64,000 bases of DNA. Source: Octopus sinensis (Eukaryota). Location of the stretch: NCBI RefSeq assembly GCF_006345805.1, contig NC_043017.1, positions 8,990,001 to 9,054,000 on the forward strand, read 5' to 3'. A program made the translations under genes and the position numbers. The first letter of the stretch is position 1. Every line of letters begins with the position of its first letter. Positions 40,879 through 54,825 of this stretch are shown here, in pieces. The notes below the pieces were generated by a model. It was not told the origin of the DNA. It did not search any database and saw only the letters and a program-made list of their open reading frames with translations.

Positions 40879-43800
40879 TATATATATACACATACACACA
40901 TAGTCATCAGCAGACACACATTCACCCAGTTGTATTCAGTTCCCAAGACTGTAAGAAATGTGAGCCGAGCCAATTCCATTGTATGAGTAATATGCAGTGG
41001 ATGGAACAACCACTGAGGCAATTGTAGTAAGGCTTATTTTGGTAATGGTAGCCCTTGTGGCGGAGTTGACGGTGGTGGTGGTGGTGGTGATGTTGGTAGT
41101 GACAGAAGAATCCATGATGGTGGCAGTGGTGGTGGTTACGTTTGTGTTGGCGCCTTGTTACTTTTTAGTCCCAAATTTTTACCCTAACGAAGCATAAGAC
41201 TGATCAAAGATTTTTCAGTCATGGAGAAGTGCCAGCACGGCTGTGGGGTTAAGGTGCCCTCTTTGCAAACATGTGGCTTTTGGGTTCAGTTCTCTGCACA
41301 GAGGCTTCTTGAGAAGATGTCTTTTTGTGTAGGCTCAGGATGGATTTGATAGATGGAAACTGTACGGAAGCACGTGTGTGGCTGTGTGGTAAGATGTTTG
41401 CTTCCCGGTCACATGGTTCTGGGTTCTGCCCATGTGTGGCACCTTGGACTGACCGAAAAGCCTTGTGAGAGGAATTAGTTGACCGAAACTGAAAGCTGCT
41501 GTATGGTTGTGTGTGTGTGTGTGACCACCACTTGACAACCAGTGTTGGTGTGTTTATGTCCCTGTAATGTAGCAGTTTGGCAAAAGAGACCGATAGAAAA
41601 AGAAAATTAATACTAGGATCGATTCATTCGACTAAAAATAAAGTCTTCAAGGTGGTGCCCCAGCATGGCCATTGTCTAATGACAGAAGCAAGTGAAAGAA
41701 AAAGTAAAAGACACACACACACACAAGTTATTTGGCTGTTATTTCTTGCTGGCTGAGGTCATCAAATTTGCCTTTCATCTTTTTGGGGTCAATAAAATAA
41801 GTACCGGTTGTAATCAACTGGACCCCTTCCCCAAAATTTCAGGCCTTGTGCCTATAGTGGAGAGGATTTCTAGCAAGTTGACCAACCTGCAGAGAGTATT
41901 TGGTTGTTGTAATTGAACAGACTTTGGCTGAAAGGCTTTCCAGTCATGACCACCCTTCTTGTTTCCATGAACACTATCCACCACTATATTTATTAACCAG
42001 TGTGATTTATCCCCTCTCCTTTTATTTTTTGAGATTATTATGTGTGTTTAAGAAACTTAGCTGTTATTTCTAGCAGGTCACTTACCCCTTTAGCAAATGT
42101 TGCTGAGTCATCTCAAGAGGGTCTCTGGATGTATGACATGGGGTTGATGGGGTCAGTTATTTGTTATGTCTATGTAGGGGTGTCAGGGCTGTTGTCCTTA
42201 CATGCTCTGGCTTTAGACTATGAGGACCCTGGTCCTCTGTGTTTTTTCTTTTTTTTTTTGTTTTCTGTTGTTTCTGCTGTTGTGTCTGCCACCCCCCACC
42301 CCCCGGCAGACTCCCTGTCCTCTTATCTGACACAAACTTCCCACCCCTCTTCTATTTGTGTCTGTCTGTTTGTCTCTATATTGCAAACTAATGTAGATTA
42401 TGTCTGTGCAGCTATTCGAACTAAGCACAATGCATCTTCACATGCATATGCCTAATGCACTTGCACACACTCACACACATACATGCATATATATACGCAC
42501 ACGCACACATACACGCACACATATATGGCAGGCTTCCTTGTAGATCATTCCATCAATTTTACTCCAAAGCTTTTGGCTGGGCCTGAAGCTACAATAGAAG
42601 GCCCTTGTCCAACGTGTGACAGACTCAGCTTGAACTTAAGACCCTGTCATAACACAGATGTGTTGGTGGTGGTGGGGGGGGGGACTCCGTTATGGTGTTC
42701 ACTTCCCAACCACATAGCCTTGGGTTCAGTCCCACTGTGTGGCACCTTGGGTAAATATATTCTATAGATCTGGGGTGACCAAAGCCTCGCTAGTGGATTT
42801 CTTAACTGGCAACTGAAAGAAGCCAGTCATGTATTTATACATGTGTGTGTGTGTGTCCCCATCCCCTTGTTAAGGATGTAAGCGAACATTATTGTTATAC
42901 AGGTGATGTTCGTTTCCAGTCTTCCAAGAAAAATATGTCTAGCTATGGGAAAATATTCCCTTGCTTGAAAACGAGCGAGGGTTGGTGACAGGAAGGGCAT
43001 CTGGTTACAGATGAAAATGTGCCACAACATTCTGCCTGACTCATGCAAGCTTGGATAAATGGAAGTGTGTGTGTGTATAAATTATATAGGTGTAGCTGTA
43101 TGGTAAGAAGCTTGCTTTCCAACCACATAGTTCTGGGTTCAGTCCCACTGCATGGTAGTTTAAGCACGTGTCTTACTATAGCTCCAGCCTGACCAAAACT
43201 GGATAGAAACTGAAAGAATCCCATTATATATATATATATATATATACATACATACACACACGTCTTTGTGTTTGTTCCTATCACCACTTTAAGATCAGTT
43301 TGTTTGTGTCCCTGTAACTTAGTGGTTCATCAAAAAAGACTAATAGAATAAGTACGAAGCTTAAAAGCAAAAAGTACGTATGGACGTTGATTTGTTTGAC
43401 TAAACTCTTCAAGGTGGTGCCCCAGCATGGCCACAATCCAATGACTGAAACACACAATAGATACAAGAAATGCTCAATCTCGTAACAACAGCAACATTAA
43501 TAATTCCGAAATGAAGTTCAGGGCCACAGATTTTGAGGTGATGGGGTGGGGAGAAATAGTTGATTATATAGACCCTGAATATTTTTCACTGGGTTCAGGA
43601 GAATGGAAAGGAAAGCCTAATTTTGGCTGGGAATTGCACTCCGATTGTAATTTTAGAGGCCTCAAGTGGCAGAGCAAACAACAACCTTTGCAACATTTCA
43701 TTTTCTCTTGTCTTACATAAGAACTGGGTGGGGTGGTGATGGGAGTGGTGGCGGTGGTGGTTGGTGCTTGGACTGAAGAGAATAACTTTGAAGAAATTTG

Positions 43801-45127
43801 GATTGTGAAAGGAAAATAATATGGTGTGTGTGTGTGTGTGCACGCACGCACGCACACACACATGCTGACGTAGACTCGTACATATACATATGCAAACATA
43901 TACAGATACACACAAATGCACACGTACATCTGTATAAACACACAAATATACACACAAATGCACATGCATAAAAACAAATGCATACACTTATAGACACATA
44001 TGCTCGTGCATATCTATACAAACACATACATTGTTATACATAAAAGCACATACATACACACACACGTGTATGTATATGTGTGTGTGTATGTATATATATA
44101 TATACACACACATACAGAAACATATACATAAATTCACATATATAAACAAGCACATATACATGTGTATATACACACACACACACACAGTATAAGTCTGTAG
44201 AATAATCTACATGTTTGTGTAAAAGAATTCTGATAGGAGGATTTGCAGTGCAGAGATAAGGGGTAGCAGAGTGAGGCAAGGCAGGGCAGGGCAAATCAAG
44301 GACGGTGGGGTGGGGGGAGAAGGAGGGCATGTTGTTGGTGCTGTGTCAGATGCAATGTAGTGGCTGGGTTAAATAAAATAATATATATATATATATATAT
44401 ATTAAAAAAACAAACAAAACAAGAACCCAAAACAACATGTCCTGAAGAAACAAACTGTGTAAGGGCCCTGACTTGGCTGGTGGGAGATTGTGTTCCCACA
44501 TCACATGATGGTGTCAGGGTTTGAGATGCAAAATCTTCCCAAGAAAGATGACAACCTCAAGCTCTCCTCCTCCTCCTTGTTGCTTTGTTCTTGTAGTCTT
44601 TCCTCCTCTCTTTCTCTTCTATTTCTTGTTCTTCATCAACTCCATATTTCTTTGTTTTTCAAGTTGCTTTTTATTTGCTTTTTGTTTTATTCTCTTTTTT
44701 CTCTTGTAACTTTTTTTTTGTTTTTTGTCCTTTTTTTTATTCTCATGCCTTATGTTTACAATACATATGTACATACATACATACATACCAACACACACAT
44801 ACACAAGTGATGGGCTTCCTCACAGTTTTTCCATTGTCCAAATACACTCACAAAGCATTAGATGGCCTGATACCATGACTGACACTCCATCGGTTATTTT
44901 GATGAGGGTTCCAGTTGATCTGCTCAATGAAACAACCTGCTTCTGAAATTCACATGCATGTGGCCGAGCACTCCACAGACACATATGCCCTTCATGTAGT
45001 TTTCTCAGGGCGATTTGGCATGACACAGAATGTGATGAAGCCAGCCCTTTGAAATGCAGGTGCAATCCATTTTTGCCAGCTGAGTGGGCTGGAGCAATGT
45101 GAAATGAAGTGTCTTGCTCAAGCCATA

Positions 45128-45531
45128 GGCGCAGGAGTGGCTGTGTGGTAAGTAGCTTGCTAACCAACCACATGGTTCCGGGTTCAGTCCCGCTGCGTGG
45201 CACCTTGGGCAAGTGTCTTCTGCTATAGCCCCGAGCCGACCAATGCCTTGTGAGTGGATTTGGTAGACGGAAACTGAAAGAAGCCTGTCGTATATATGTA
45301 TATATATATATATATATGTGTATGTGCGTGTGTGTTTGTCCAACTAGCATTGCTTGACAACTGATGCTGGTGTGTTTACATCCCCATCACTTAGCGGTTC
45401 GGCAAAAGAGACCGATAGAATAAGTACTGGGCTTACAAAGAATAAGTACTGGGGTCGAGTTGCTGGACTAAAGGTGGTGCTCCAGCATGGCCTTAGTCAA
45501 ATGACTGAAACGAGTAAAAGAGAAAGAGAGT
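45128..45531 (+). mobile_element. Young full-length SINE family A
   Basis: A box tggctgtgtgg at 45138 and B box ggttcagtccc at 45181. Highly similar to 56068-56467. Confidence 0.85.
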
Positions 45532-45898
45532 ACAATGGGCTGCTGGGTATTGAACTCACAACCTTCAGATCGCCAGGAGCCGCATACCCTGGCCACTATG
45601 CTGTGCACCTTCATAGCCTGATCCCTTGGTAGAAGAGACATCAACACAGTGGGACTGAACCTGAAACCCTGTGGTTTTGAAACAATCTTCTGAACCATTC
45701 AGCCATGGAGAGGAGTGGAGTCTGGTGGTGGTGGTGGTCATTAGAACTAGTTATTTGCTGACCCTCCCTCCTGTTGATTGTCAGTCTCCTTGCTGTTGTG
45801 GTGTCAAGTTACTATTTCCCCTTTGCTCTCTGTTTCTTTGTGTGTGTGTGTGTGTGTGTGTGTGAGTAGCTGACCATCAAGGATCAACATAGTTGCCT

Positions 45899-45929
<31 letters not shown>

Positions 45930-47276
45930 AGAGCTGAGGGTGTGTAGTGAGAGGTAATGGACTGTATATAGACAGGAAGGATTAGAGGGAGAACACCTGG
46001 TATATAATGTATGTGTGGACATTTAATCGATGGGGTAGGGAAGAGAGGATGGTGGTGGTGGGGGAACTGATGTTTGTTTTCATCAGCTGGGTGGTGGTGG
46101 TGGCGGTGGGTTTGAGATGGAGACCTTCCTGCTTAGGTCTTAAGGTTTGGTTTTGTCAAGTGACCTCTAACCTTTCTTCCTTTCAGCCTTTACCCCTTAC
46201 TTCCTCCTCCCACCACCTGGCAGGCAGCTCTTTTTATTCCCCCTCTTGCCTCCCCCCCCCGCTCCCCAGCATTCTCTTCTATGCCATCACACTGTGGAAT
46301 GTCTGATGACCATGTAGAATAACAAACATTCAGAGTTTTACACACACACACACACATACATGCACACATACACACACACACACATTCTCTCTCAATATAA
46401 TGTGTTTGTGTTCATTTAACTATAATTTGCATACATACACGTGTGTATGCATGTGTGCACGTGTGTGTGTGTATAATTCACACATATATAGTAAATGTGT
46501 ATGTGTTTGTATGAGTATATCTGTGACACACCACACGCATGCACACCACACATGCATATACATACATACCACACACGCATACATAAACACACCACACACA
46601 CACCACGCACTCTTAGATATATTGACTAATATACATAACATGTTGCCATGCTCCTACATTTATCCATACACACACACACACACACATACTTGTACACACA
46701 TGAAAATACACATACGCCACACGTGTAAATACACACATCCACTTCTGAAGCCTACAATTCCTCTATCCAGTATATAAGTTCAACAGTTGTAGTAACTGTG
46801 TGTTGTGTGAGAGGGAGAGAGCTTTTGGTCCCCCACCTTCAGTTTTCATGTGAAACTGTTGAAACAATGTATGTTTTGGTAGGGCCTTTGTGCCAATTAA
46901 AAGTACAGTTTCTACATGTAGTTCACTTCGAGAAACTTTCTCAAACATGAATATCATCATTTTGTTTTCTTCTTCATTCTTACTGTCTGAGGAACCAGTT
47001 GTATGTTAGGGGAAACTCAAGAGTACCATGTTACTAGATCACCTGAAATACATTATTACTGTGAGTGTAGGACCTCCATCTCTTGAAAAATAAAACCCTA
47101 GGGGAAAAAAACCTAAGGACAGCACTTCCTAGAACTGGGATCGGCAAACAGGAGTAAATTACCCCAAGTTGGGTAAGAATGAAATTCTTGGAGGTAATGA
47201 GGACTCATTAGACATAAATAAAATTATATATAAAAAAACATGTTCCTTGTTGCAACAGAAATTTTTCTTCTGGCAT

Positions 47277-47324
47277 GAGAAGGCAGTCAAAAAGTTGCTG
47301 CCTTTTGCAACAACCTACCTTTGT
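47277..47324 (+). mobile_element. hAT (Buster/Charlie-like) transposase C-terminal remnant
   Basis: EKAVKKLLPFATTYLC matches the hAT dimerisation-domain motif LLPFxTTYLCE. Confidence 0.7.
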
Positions 47325-48204
47325 GTACAAGATATAGTGTTGAATACACTGATGCCAAGAAAACTCTGTTTACTGATAGCTGCTATAAATGTTGGTTGGT
47401 TGGTTGGTTGATTGATGTTTCCAGTCATGCATTGTATAGAGAGAGGGGCAAGAAAATAAAAGAGAGTTAACATAAGGTGCTGAAAAAAACCCCATCTTTT
47501 TAAGCCTTTCCTTACCAGATTTCTATTGAAATACCCTGCTTTTGTTGAAAATAATGAAGAATTTAGTAAAATAACCATATCATTGTTCATGGAATGTTTG
47601 CAATATAAATCAACTTGAAGTCTTTTAAGAAAGCTTTAATTTAGACAGGCGCAGGCGTGGCTGTGTGGTAAATAGTTTGTTGCCCAACCTCATGGTTCTG
47701 GGTTCAGTCCCACTGCATTTCACCTTGGGAAAGTGTCTTCTGCTATATCCTCAGGCCGACAAAGCTTTGTGAGCAGATTCCAGATCCATGCCAAACGCAG
47801 CTTTCGAGTAAGGTGAATAGTGAACAAATAACAGAAGTACCTTGGTGTGGAACTGAACCTGGAATCATATGTTGGAAAGCAATCTTCTTACAGCTATGCC
47901 TTCGCATATCATATGATATGATAGGATAAAATCTTTATAAGAATTTATCAAGTAGTAAGCATGAAAAATCCTCATAAGGGAAAAATTATAATTATTCCCT
48001 TTAAATATATTTATTTATATGACCTTCATATATATATATATATATGTATATATATTTACACACACACACAAATTTGATGGGGGTGGGGGGCACTGTTATT
48101 GCTGCTGTCACCATCTGTAGTTGTTTTCAGCCTCAGAGGCAGAGAGAAATAGGGCTTGGTAAGAAATTGAAGAGGGGGAGGAACTTCCCATGAGGGGAGA
48201 GAAT

Positions 48205-48257
<53 letters not shown>

Positions 48258-48289
48258 CTTCAAACAGGCTCTTAACACTGGGGACACAT

Positions 48290-48325
<36 letters not shown>

Positions 48326-48471
48326 AAGCATGCTTGTATAACCACCACCACCACCATCAAACCTTTCAAGACTGACCAAACATATAAAAAGCTATTAGTG
48401 CAGGTATTAACATTAAAGAGATAACTGAACACCCCTACCAACCCTGGTACATGTGTGTGTGTGTGTGTGTG

Positions 48472-48505
<34 letters not shown>

Positions 48506-50009
48506 CTCACATTCTCCAGTTCATTACACCCGTGCCACCCACTTCCCCCATTTTCGAAGGTCTACAAACAGTAGTTTCATGATGGTGGACAGTGGGTGGT
48601 GTAAGGGGTGGGTAAGTGTTTCTCTTCTACCACCACCACCACCACTGCCATTATATGCTTTTGGGGAACACCAAGACACCTTTATTCCCTCTCCTTCCAC
48701 TGATCTTTACCTGTATCATTGGTCAGTATGAAATTATTGATCCTTTCAGGAGTGGGGTTTGTATGTGGGGGAATTGCTTTTTTTTGGCGGGGTGGAGGGT
48801 CACCCCTCCCCTGTAATCCGGAATACTCCTCTATCCTCCTGTCATCATCACCACCACCACCACCACCACTACCAATCATTTATTCCCTGCCAACAAGAGA
48901 TCTTCCAGGTGATGACTTAACTTGCTAGAAATAGCAGCCAAGTTATCCCTTAAATTCACATTCCGCTGTCTGATAAAGGATACACAAGGAATGTAGTCAC
49001 AGGTATAGTAAAAGATGAGATGGTCATAGTTAGAACTCCTTTGACCATGGGCTGGCAATAGTATCAGCTGATATTATTTTCTCTTCAGAATAGTGTAAAC
49101 AAAGTTCCTCATGCTATTTTATCAACAGTTCTTTAGGGTCTGAGTTCAAATCTTGCCGAAAGTATCATTGGAGTACAGGGGTCAATATAAATGATGTTTT
49201 TGCACCTTGTACTGATATTCGAAATAATAACGAGTACAGGTAGAAAGAAAGATGTGTGTTGGAACTCATTTTGTGACCAAATAATCTTGAGTTCAACTCC
49301 ACTGCGCAGCATATGTGTTCTAACGAAGCTCTCATTTGCTCTATGCCTTGTGAGTCAATTAACCCATGCTAGCATGGAAAGCGGTCGTTAAACAATGATG
49401 ATGAAGATGATGATAGAAACTGTGCAAAAGCCTATTAAGTTTTTCTTTTACTTGTGTCGTTCTTTTGCACTGTGGCCATACTGGAGTACTGCCCTTGAAC
49501 CAACACTAGCTCTACTTATTGAAATCTGGCAGTCTATCAGTTGCTTTTTGGTAAATTGCGTGGTTAGGAGAATGTAAACACACAAATATGGGTTGTCACA
49601 CACACACACACACACGTGTGCATGATGACCTTCCACACAGTTTCTGCCTACCAGATTCACTCACAAAATATTGGTTGGCCTGGAACTGTAATAAAAGATA
49701 AAAGACGCAGGTTCCAGGTGCTGTGCAGTGAGATTGAACCTAAAGGCATGTGGTTTTGTAGTAAAGCCCTTAACTACACTGCCATATATATATAGTTTGG
49801 AGGGATATTTTATTCGGGTGGATACTATGTTAGCTCTTAGTTGGCTTCCAGATGCCAGCTAACCACAGGGGTCAGTATCCAATGTGTGTGCCTACAATTA
49901 TTTGTTAGTCACTCTATGAATTCTTCCATTGGGTAATTCTGTGTGTCCTATCCTGGACTGTAAAGGTTCCCTGCAGTGTATATTACTATTAATAATAATA
50001 GTGAGGATG

Positions 50010-50150
50010 GAACCAGTTGGCACTGGGTGATACTTATTGTCTGATTCCCATACACTGCATTAATATTCCTCACACTTTCCGTTGTGTTGTTGCCTTTATT
50101 GAAATCATAAAGCAAAATATGCCGAATGTGCTTCTTTGTCACTTCCATTA
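50010..50150 (-). mobile_element. Mariner transposase N-terminal HTH remnant
   Basis: MEVTKKHIRHILLYDFNKGNNTTESVRNINAVYGNQTISITQCQ. Confidence 0.85.
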
Positions 50151-50539
50151 TAGCTTTGAAAAAATAACTGTTAAAATTGAACTGCACTCTTCAAAACTTG
50201 CACTAAGAATAAGGTCAAGGTAAAATTACTACCTGCTTTTATATCAAGTTGTTGCAAGTAGTTTATCCTTTCCCCTTCCGACTTTTAGTTCATGCAATTG
50301 AAAAAAACCACACTATGGGATGACCCAATATACATAAAATCTGGTTTAACCCTCTTCATTCTCTAAATGTATCCTCAAATATAACTCAGACCTCTATCTT
50401 TACATTAATCAGTATATATTTCCTCGCTTCACACTGATATCACACATTCTTCAACCATAATTCTGTTAGTCATGTTTTATATGTATGGGTAACATAAGAT
50501 TACAAATCACTAAGCACAAAAACAAAAAACAAAAGCTAA

Positions 50540-50915
50540 GAATACCTAACAAATCACCCAATCTAAATGCAATTTCAGAGACATGATTCAATGCCCTTTG
50601 AATGGAAAATGTCTGTTGAAAGAAATAGTATACAGAGCAGACATAGAACTATCTGGCAGACTGTATTGTAAAAACATGTATACCAGGCTGACTGAAAGCA
50701 TATTTATAGTTAAAGTCATGCATAACATCTATTTGTTTAGATCTAGAAATAACTACCCTGAGCAGATTTAGTATTTGCAGACTATACTGTAAAAGGTTAA
50801 CTGAAAACACCTTAAGGCTAAATTTGCACATCACATACATTTGCTTAGATCTCGAAATAACTATACAGAGCTGACCATACTGTAAAAATGTACATCAGGT
50901 TAACTGAGAACATCT
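50540..50915 (+). mobile_element. Penelope-like GIY-YIG endonuclease remnant, locally triplicated
   Basis: CPLNGKCLLKEIVYRADI...MYTRLTESIF resembles the PLE motif CPLxGxCLxxxIVYxA...YIGLTE. Confidence 0.7.
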
Positions 50916-52671
50916 TTTAGCATTCAGATTACTCTGTGAAGGTAATGCTTATTTGTTCACATTATTTTGAATTAATCATGTAGCTTTGAGATATCATTGA
51001 AGTGATTGTTTATTTTAAGAATGATGCTGTAGGGTACATGTGAAAGGCCAGATCTTTCACAGTTTGAACATAAAACGGGTAGAATATTTGGGTCAGATGT
51101 GGCTGGTTCAAATGCTAAAGCATTAAATATAAATTCATAAATCACATCCATTCATTTCGATTCAGAAATATGCTTAATATCACATCTCTTTCAAAGTATA
51201 TTTGGTTCTTTAGAAGTTAGTTGAACAAAGTAATTGCATAATAAGATGGGAGTATTGTCGTAAAGGCAGAGACATTGGTCATAGCTATTGTCAATTGTGT
51301 GTCACTAGGAAAGAAAAGAAACTGTTTCCATTCATTGGGAACTACCACCCTTTACATGTGACACATGTAGTCTACATTAATGAAACAGTGTGCTTGCGTG
51401 TTCCTGGTGCCATGTTGGATTAAGGCAAATTTTTTTCTTGTAGCTTAATTGAACGAAAATCTCACAAAAATTTGACTTGTATGACATTTGATAAGCTTTC
51501 TTCATCTTTGCTGTGTACACACTCATGCATGCACATATGTGCACACACACACACACACACACACATTAATATATTATATAGGCATGTGGTTAAGAAACCA
51601 GCCACTTGGTTTCAGATTCAATGCTGTTATATGTCCTCCTTGGGCTATGTTTGTACAGTTTAAGTAAGGGTGTTAAAGTGTTAGTGATATAAATTATACT
51701 CTATACTATGTATTGAGTACTCTCTTTTTCTTGGTTGTCATAAACTATGTGGTGTGTTTGATATATGAATGTTCTCACTCTCCTCCCCCACCCTCTCCTT
51801 TCATGACTCCCTGCCCCCACAGGGTTATGCCACCTTACCCCTTTCTGCTTCAATTACCTTCTAATGTTTTTTTATTCAATCTAAATAAGGGTAGAAAGGT
51901 AATGGGGTGACTGTCACTGTCTTTCTTTACATTGTTCTCCTCCCTCTCAGAACACCCCTCATACACAAAGCACTTTTTTTCTCTCTCTCTCTCTCTCTCT
52001 CTCCCCTCTGCCTTCTCCTCTTTCATAATGTCAATGAGAGACCTACACATGAACTGAACACCCCCTTTGTTTTTCTGGTTTACATTCCTCCTCTTCTCTC
52101 TTCTGTTCTCTCTCTCTCTCTCTCTCTCACTCTTTCTCTGTCTCGCTATTTTTCTGTCTGTCTCTCTCTCTCCCTCCATTCAACCATTAACACAATTGAA
52201 TTGAATTGGAGCTCCTTGACTGCTTTTTTTTGATGGTGACGATAGTGATGCTGATGACTACAATGATGATGATATTGGTAGTTTTGATGATGATGATGAT
52301 GCTTGTGGTAGCCGTGTGGGGTGGGGTGATTGAGGTGGTGAAGGTACAGTTGATGCTTATGGTGCTGGTGGTGGTGGTAGTATTAGTAGCTTGTTGTATG
52401 TGTTGACAACAGTTCAGGACCCCAACTTAGCTCTCTAAGGAGCCACCCCTGGAATGTCACACTGTGTGTGTGTGTGACTGTTCAGTAGTTCAAGACCTTA
52501 ACCCAGATGGTGGAATTTCTATCTGGCAGGTGTGTTTATATATATATATATGTTGATGTATGTTTGTTTGTTTGTGTGTGTGGTCCAGATCATGTGTTTG
52601 TTTGTATGTATATCTATCAAAATGCTAATTTTCTGATTGACTTAGTATTTTTTTTTTTGCGTGTGTGTGTT

Positions 52672-52721
<50 letters not shown>

Positions 52722-53874
52722 TGTATATATGTAGATGTATATATATGTGCGTAGGGGTAAAATGTAAAAGAATGGAGGAAATTGTACCAAATTTATTCTT
52801 TGGTTAGGACCATTTCAACTTGGTGTGAGTCAGATAAATCATTTGACATTTATTTGATAGGTTTATATCATCATCACCGTTAAACGTCCATTTTCCATGC
52901 TAGCATGGGTTGGGCGGCTCAACCGGGGTCTGGGAAGCCAGGAGGCTGCACCAGGATCCAGTCTGATCTGGCAGTGTTTCTACATTGGATGCCCTTCCTA
53001 ATGCCAACCACTCCGTGAGTGTAGTGGGTACTTTTTACGTGCCACCAGCACAGGAGTCAGAGGAGGTTGGCCACGATCGGTCGGTGCTTTATACGGGCCA
53101 CAAGAGGGAAAGCAATTTCCTTGACCTGTTATAGGGATCTCCAAGACTGGTGGGAAGGACAGAGGAAGGTATCATTAAATGGGAAACCTGACCCAAATGC
53201 TTGAAACGAAATGGCACCCTAGATGCCCTATGGTGGTGCTAGATGGAGGAATGGGTGATGCCAACCACCAAGGTACCAAGCTAGCCATAATGGGATTTTG
53301 TCTTAGTGAAGCAGAGGCTGAATAAATACCACAAGGCATTCAGTCCCATGTTCTTAAAGTTCTATAAATCACTTGTCTTTGATTGATAGCTTTTTTTATT
53401 TGACCCCATAATGATGGAAGACTAAGTTGACCTCTGCTGGATTTGAATTTAAGAGCGTAAAGAGTAGGCAAACGGTAATGCTTCAAATCATTTTGTCCCA
53501 AGTCCTGTTTGACTCTTTTAATACTGACATGCCTGAACAACTCCTCCCTTCATTGGTTTCATGGAGCTTCCCCAGCCCTTGTCAGATGTGATTAAGTTGT
53601 TTAAAAAAAAGGTAGGAAAGAGTATGTTAAACCTACTTTAGTTAATTATTTTCCTTTTCTTTTTTGTTCATTTTTAAGATAATATTTTTACTTTATTTTT
53701 TAAAAATATTATTTAATAGCTATTTTGTTGTGGCTTTGTAGTTTAATTAAACTTAAATAAAAATATTACATATTGAAATCTCAATAATATCAGGTTTCAG
53801 TTGAGCCTCTGAAATACTCTCTTAGTTCTAATTTTGGTTCTAAATACTGTTTTTTTTTTTTCCAATCAACGAAC

Positions 53875-54049
53875 CCCGCACTTCAACAATGTGACCCCCG
53901 AGAAGATACCTCTTCAAGGGTTCACTATATAAAACATTAGAGACAGTTTTGTAGCTGGTTCTATTTGTGAAAGTGTGGGACAGTAATGTGTGTGATGCAG
54001 GACTTGGGGCAGTAACGCTGACCTCGAGTAGTTTAGTCACAGTACATGG
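53875..54049 (+). ncRNA. Box H/ACA RNA copy 1 (putative scaRNA, U1 pseudouridine-6 guide)
   Basis: Basal stem cccgcactt (53875-83) pairs with aagtgtggg (53971-79). H box ACAGTA at 53980-85. The 3' hairpin has lower stem tgtgat/gtcaca and upper stem acttgggg/cctcgagt. ACA at 54044-46 lies 14 nt from the pocket top, and similarity to the paralogues stops about 3 nt later. Confidence 0.75.
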
Positions 54050-54294
54050 CTTTATATATTTGAGGGAGATTTGGTTGCTATTTCTAGCAATGTTTTCTTG
54101 TTGCTTTATTCATTAGGTGAAGTGTTTTCGGGATATGAAATCAAAAGTAACTCTGATTTGTCAAAATCCACTCAGAAGGCTTTGGTCTTCTATAGTAGAA
54201 GACACTTGCCCAAGGTTCCACACAATTGGACTGAACCTGGCACCATGTGGTTCGTAAGCAAGCTACTTACCACATAGCCACTCCTACGCCTATA

Positions 54295-54340
<46 letters not shown>

Positions 54341-54360
54341 TATATATATGTATATATATG

Positions 54361-54825
54361 TATGAGGCATCTGATGTAGTATGCAAGAGAGATGTCATGT
54401 GATGCAAATGGATGAGGACAGCTGCATAAAGACGAGCTGATCTCTAACTGTGGAGGGAACCTGTGGAAGACATGGGACAAGGTGGTGAAGCATGATCTTC
54501 GAATGTCCCCCCCCCCCCGGCAATGACAAGAGACCTTTGGTAATATGCTGTGCTTGAAAAGACCTGTCAAGCTATGTAAAATTGCACTCGTGGCCAACGC
54601 TGGTGTCATGTAACTGGCTTCCATACCAGTGGCATGTAAAAAGCTCCCATTACTCTCTGGGAGTGGTTGGCATTAGGAAGGGCATCCGGCCATAGAATCC
54701 ATGCTATATCAGACTGAAATTTGGTGCAGGTCCCCAGCTTACCAGTTTTCAGTCAAACCATCTAACCCATGCCAGCATGGAAAAACGGACGTCAAATGAT
54801 GATGATGATGATTATGATGATGATC
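54361..54825 (+). mobile_element. RTE-type LINE 3' end between H/ACA copies 1 and 2
   Basis: GIxCSMQER...HVMQMDEDSCIK...SLTVEGTCGR, then the 3'UTR and (gat)n tail. Confidence 0.75.

Noticed and set aside
53493-53513. 11-nt antisense match (cccaagtcctg) to the 3' hairpin of the H/ACA copies
   Set aside because: Too short, with no further homology; compatible with chance.
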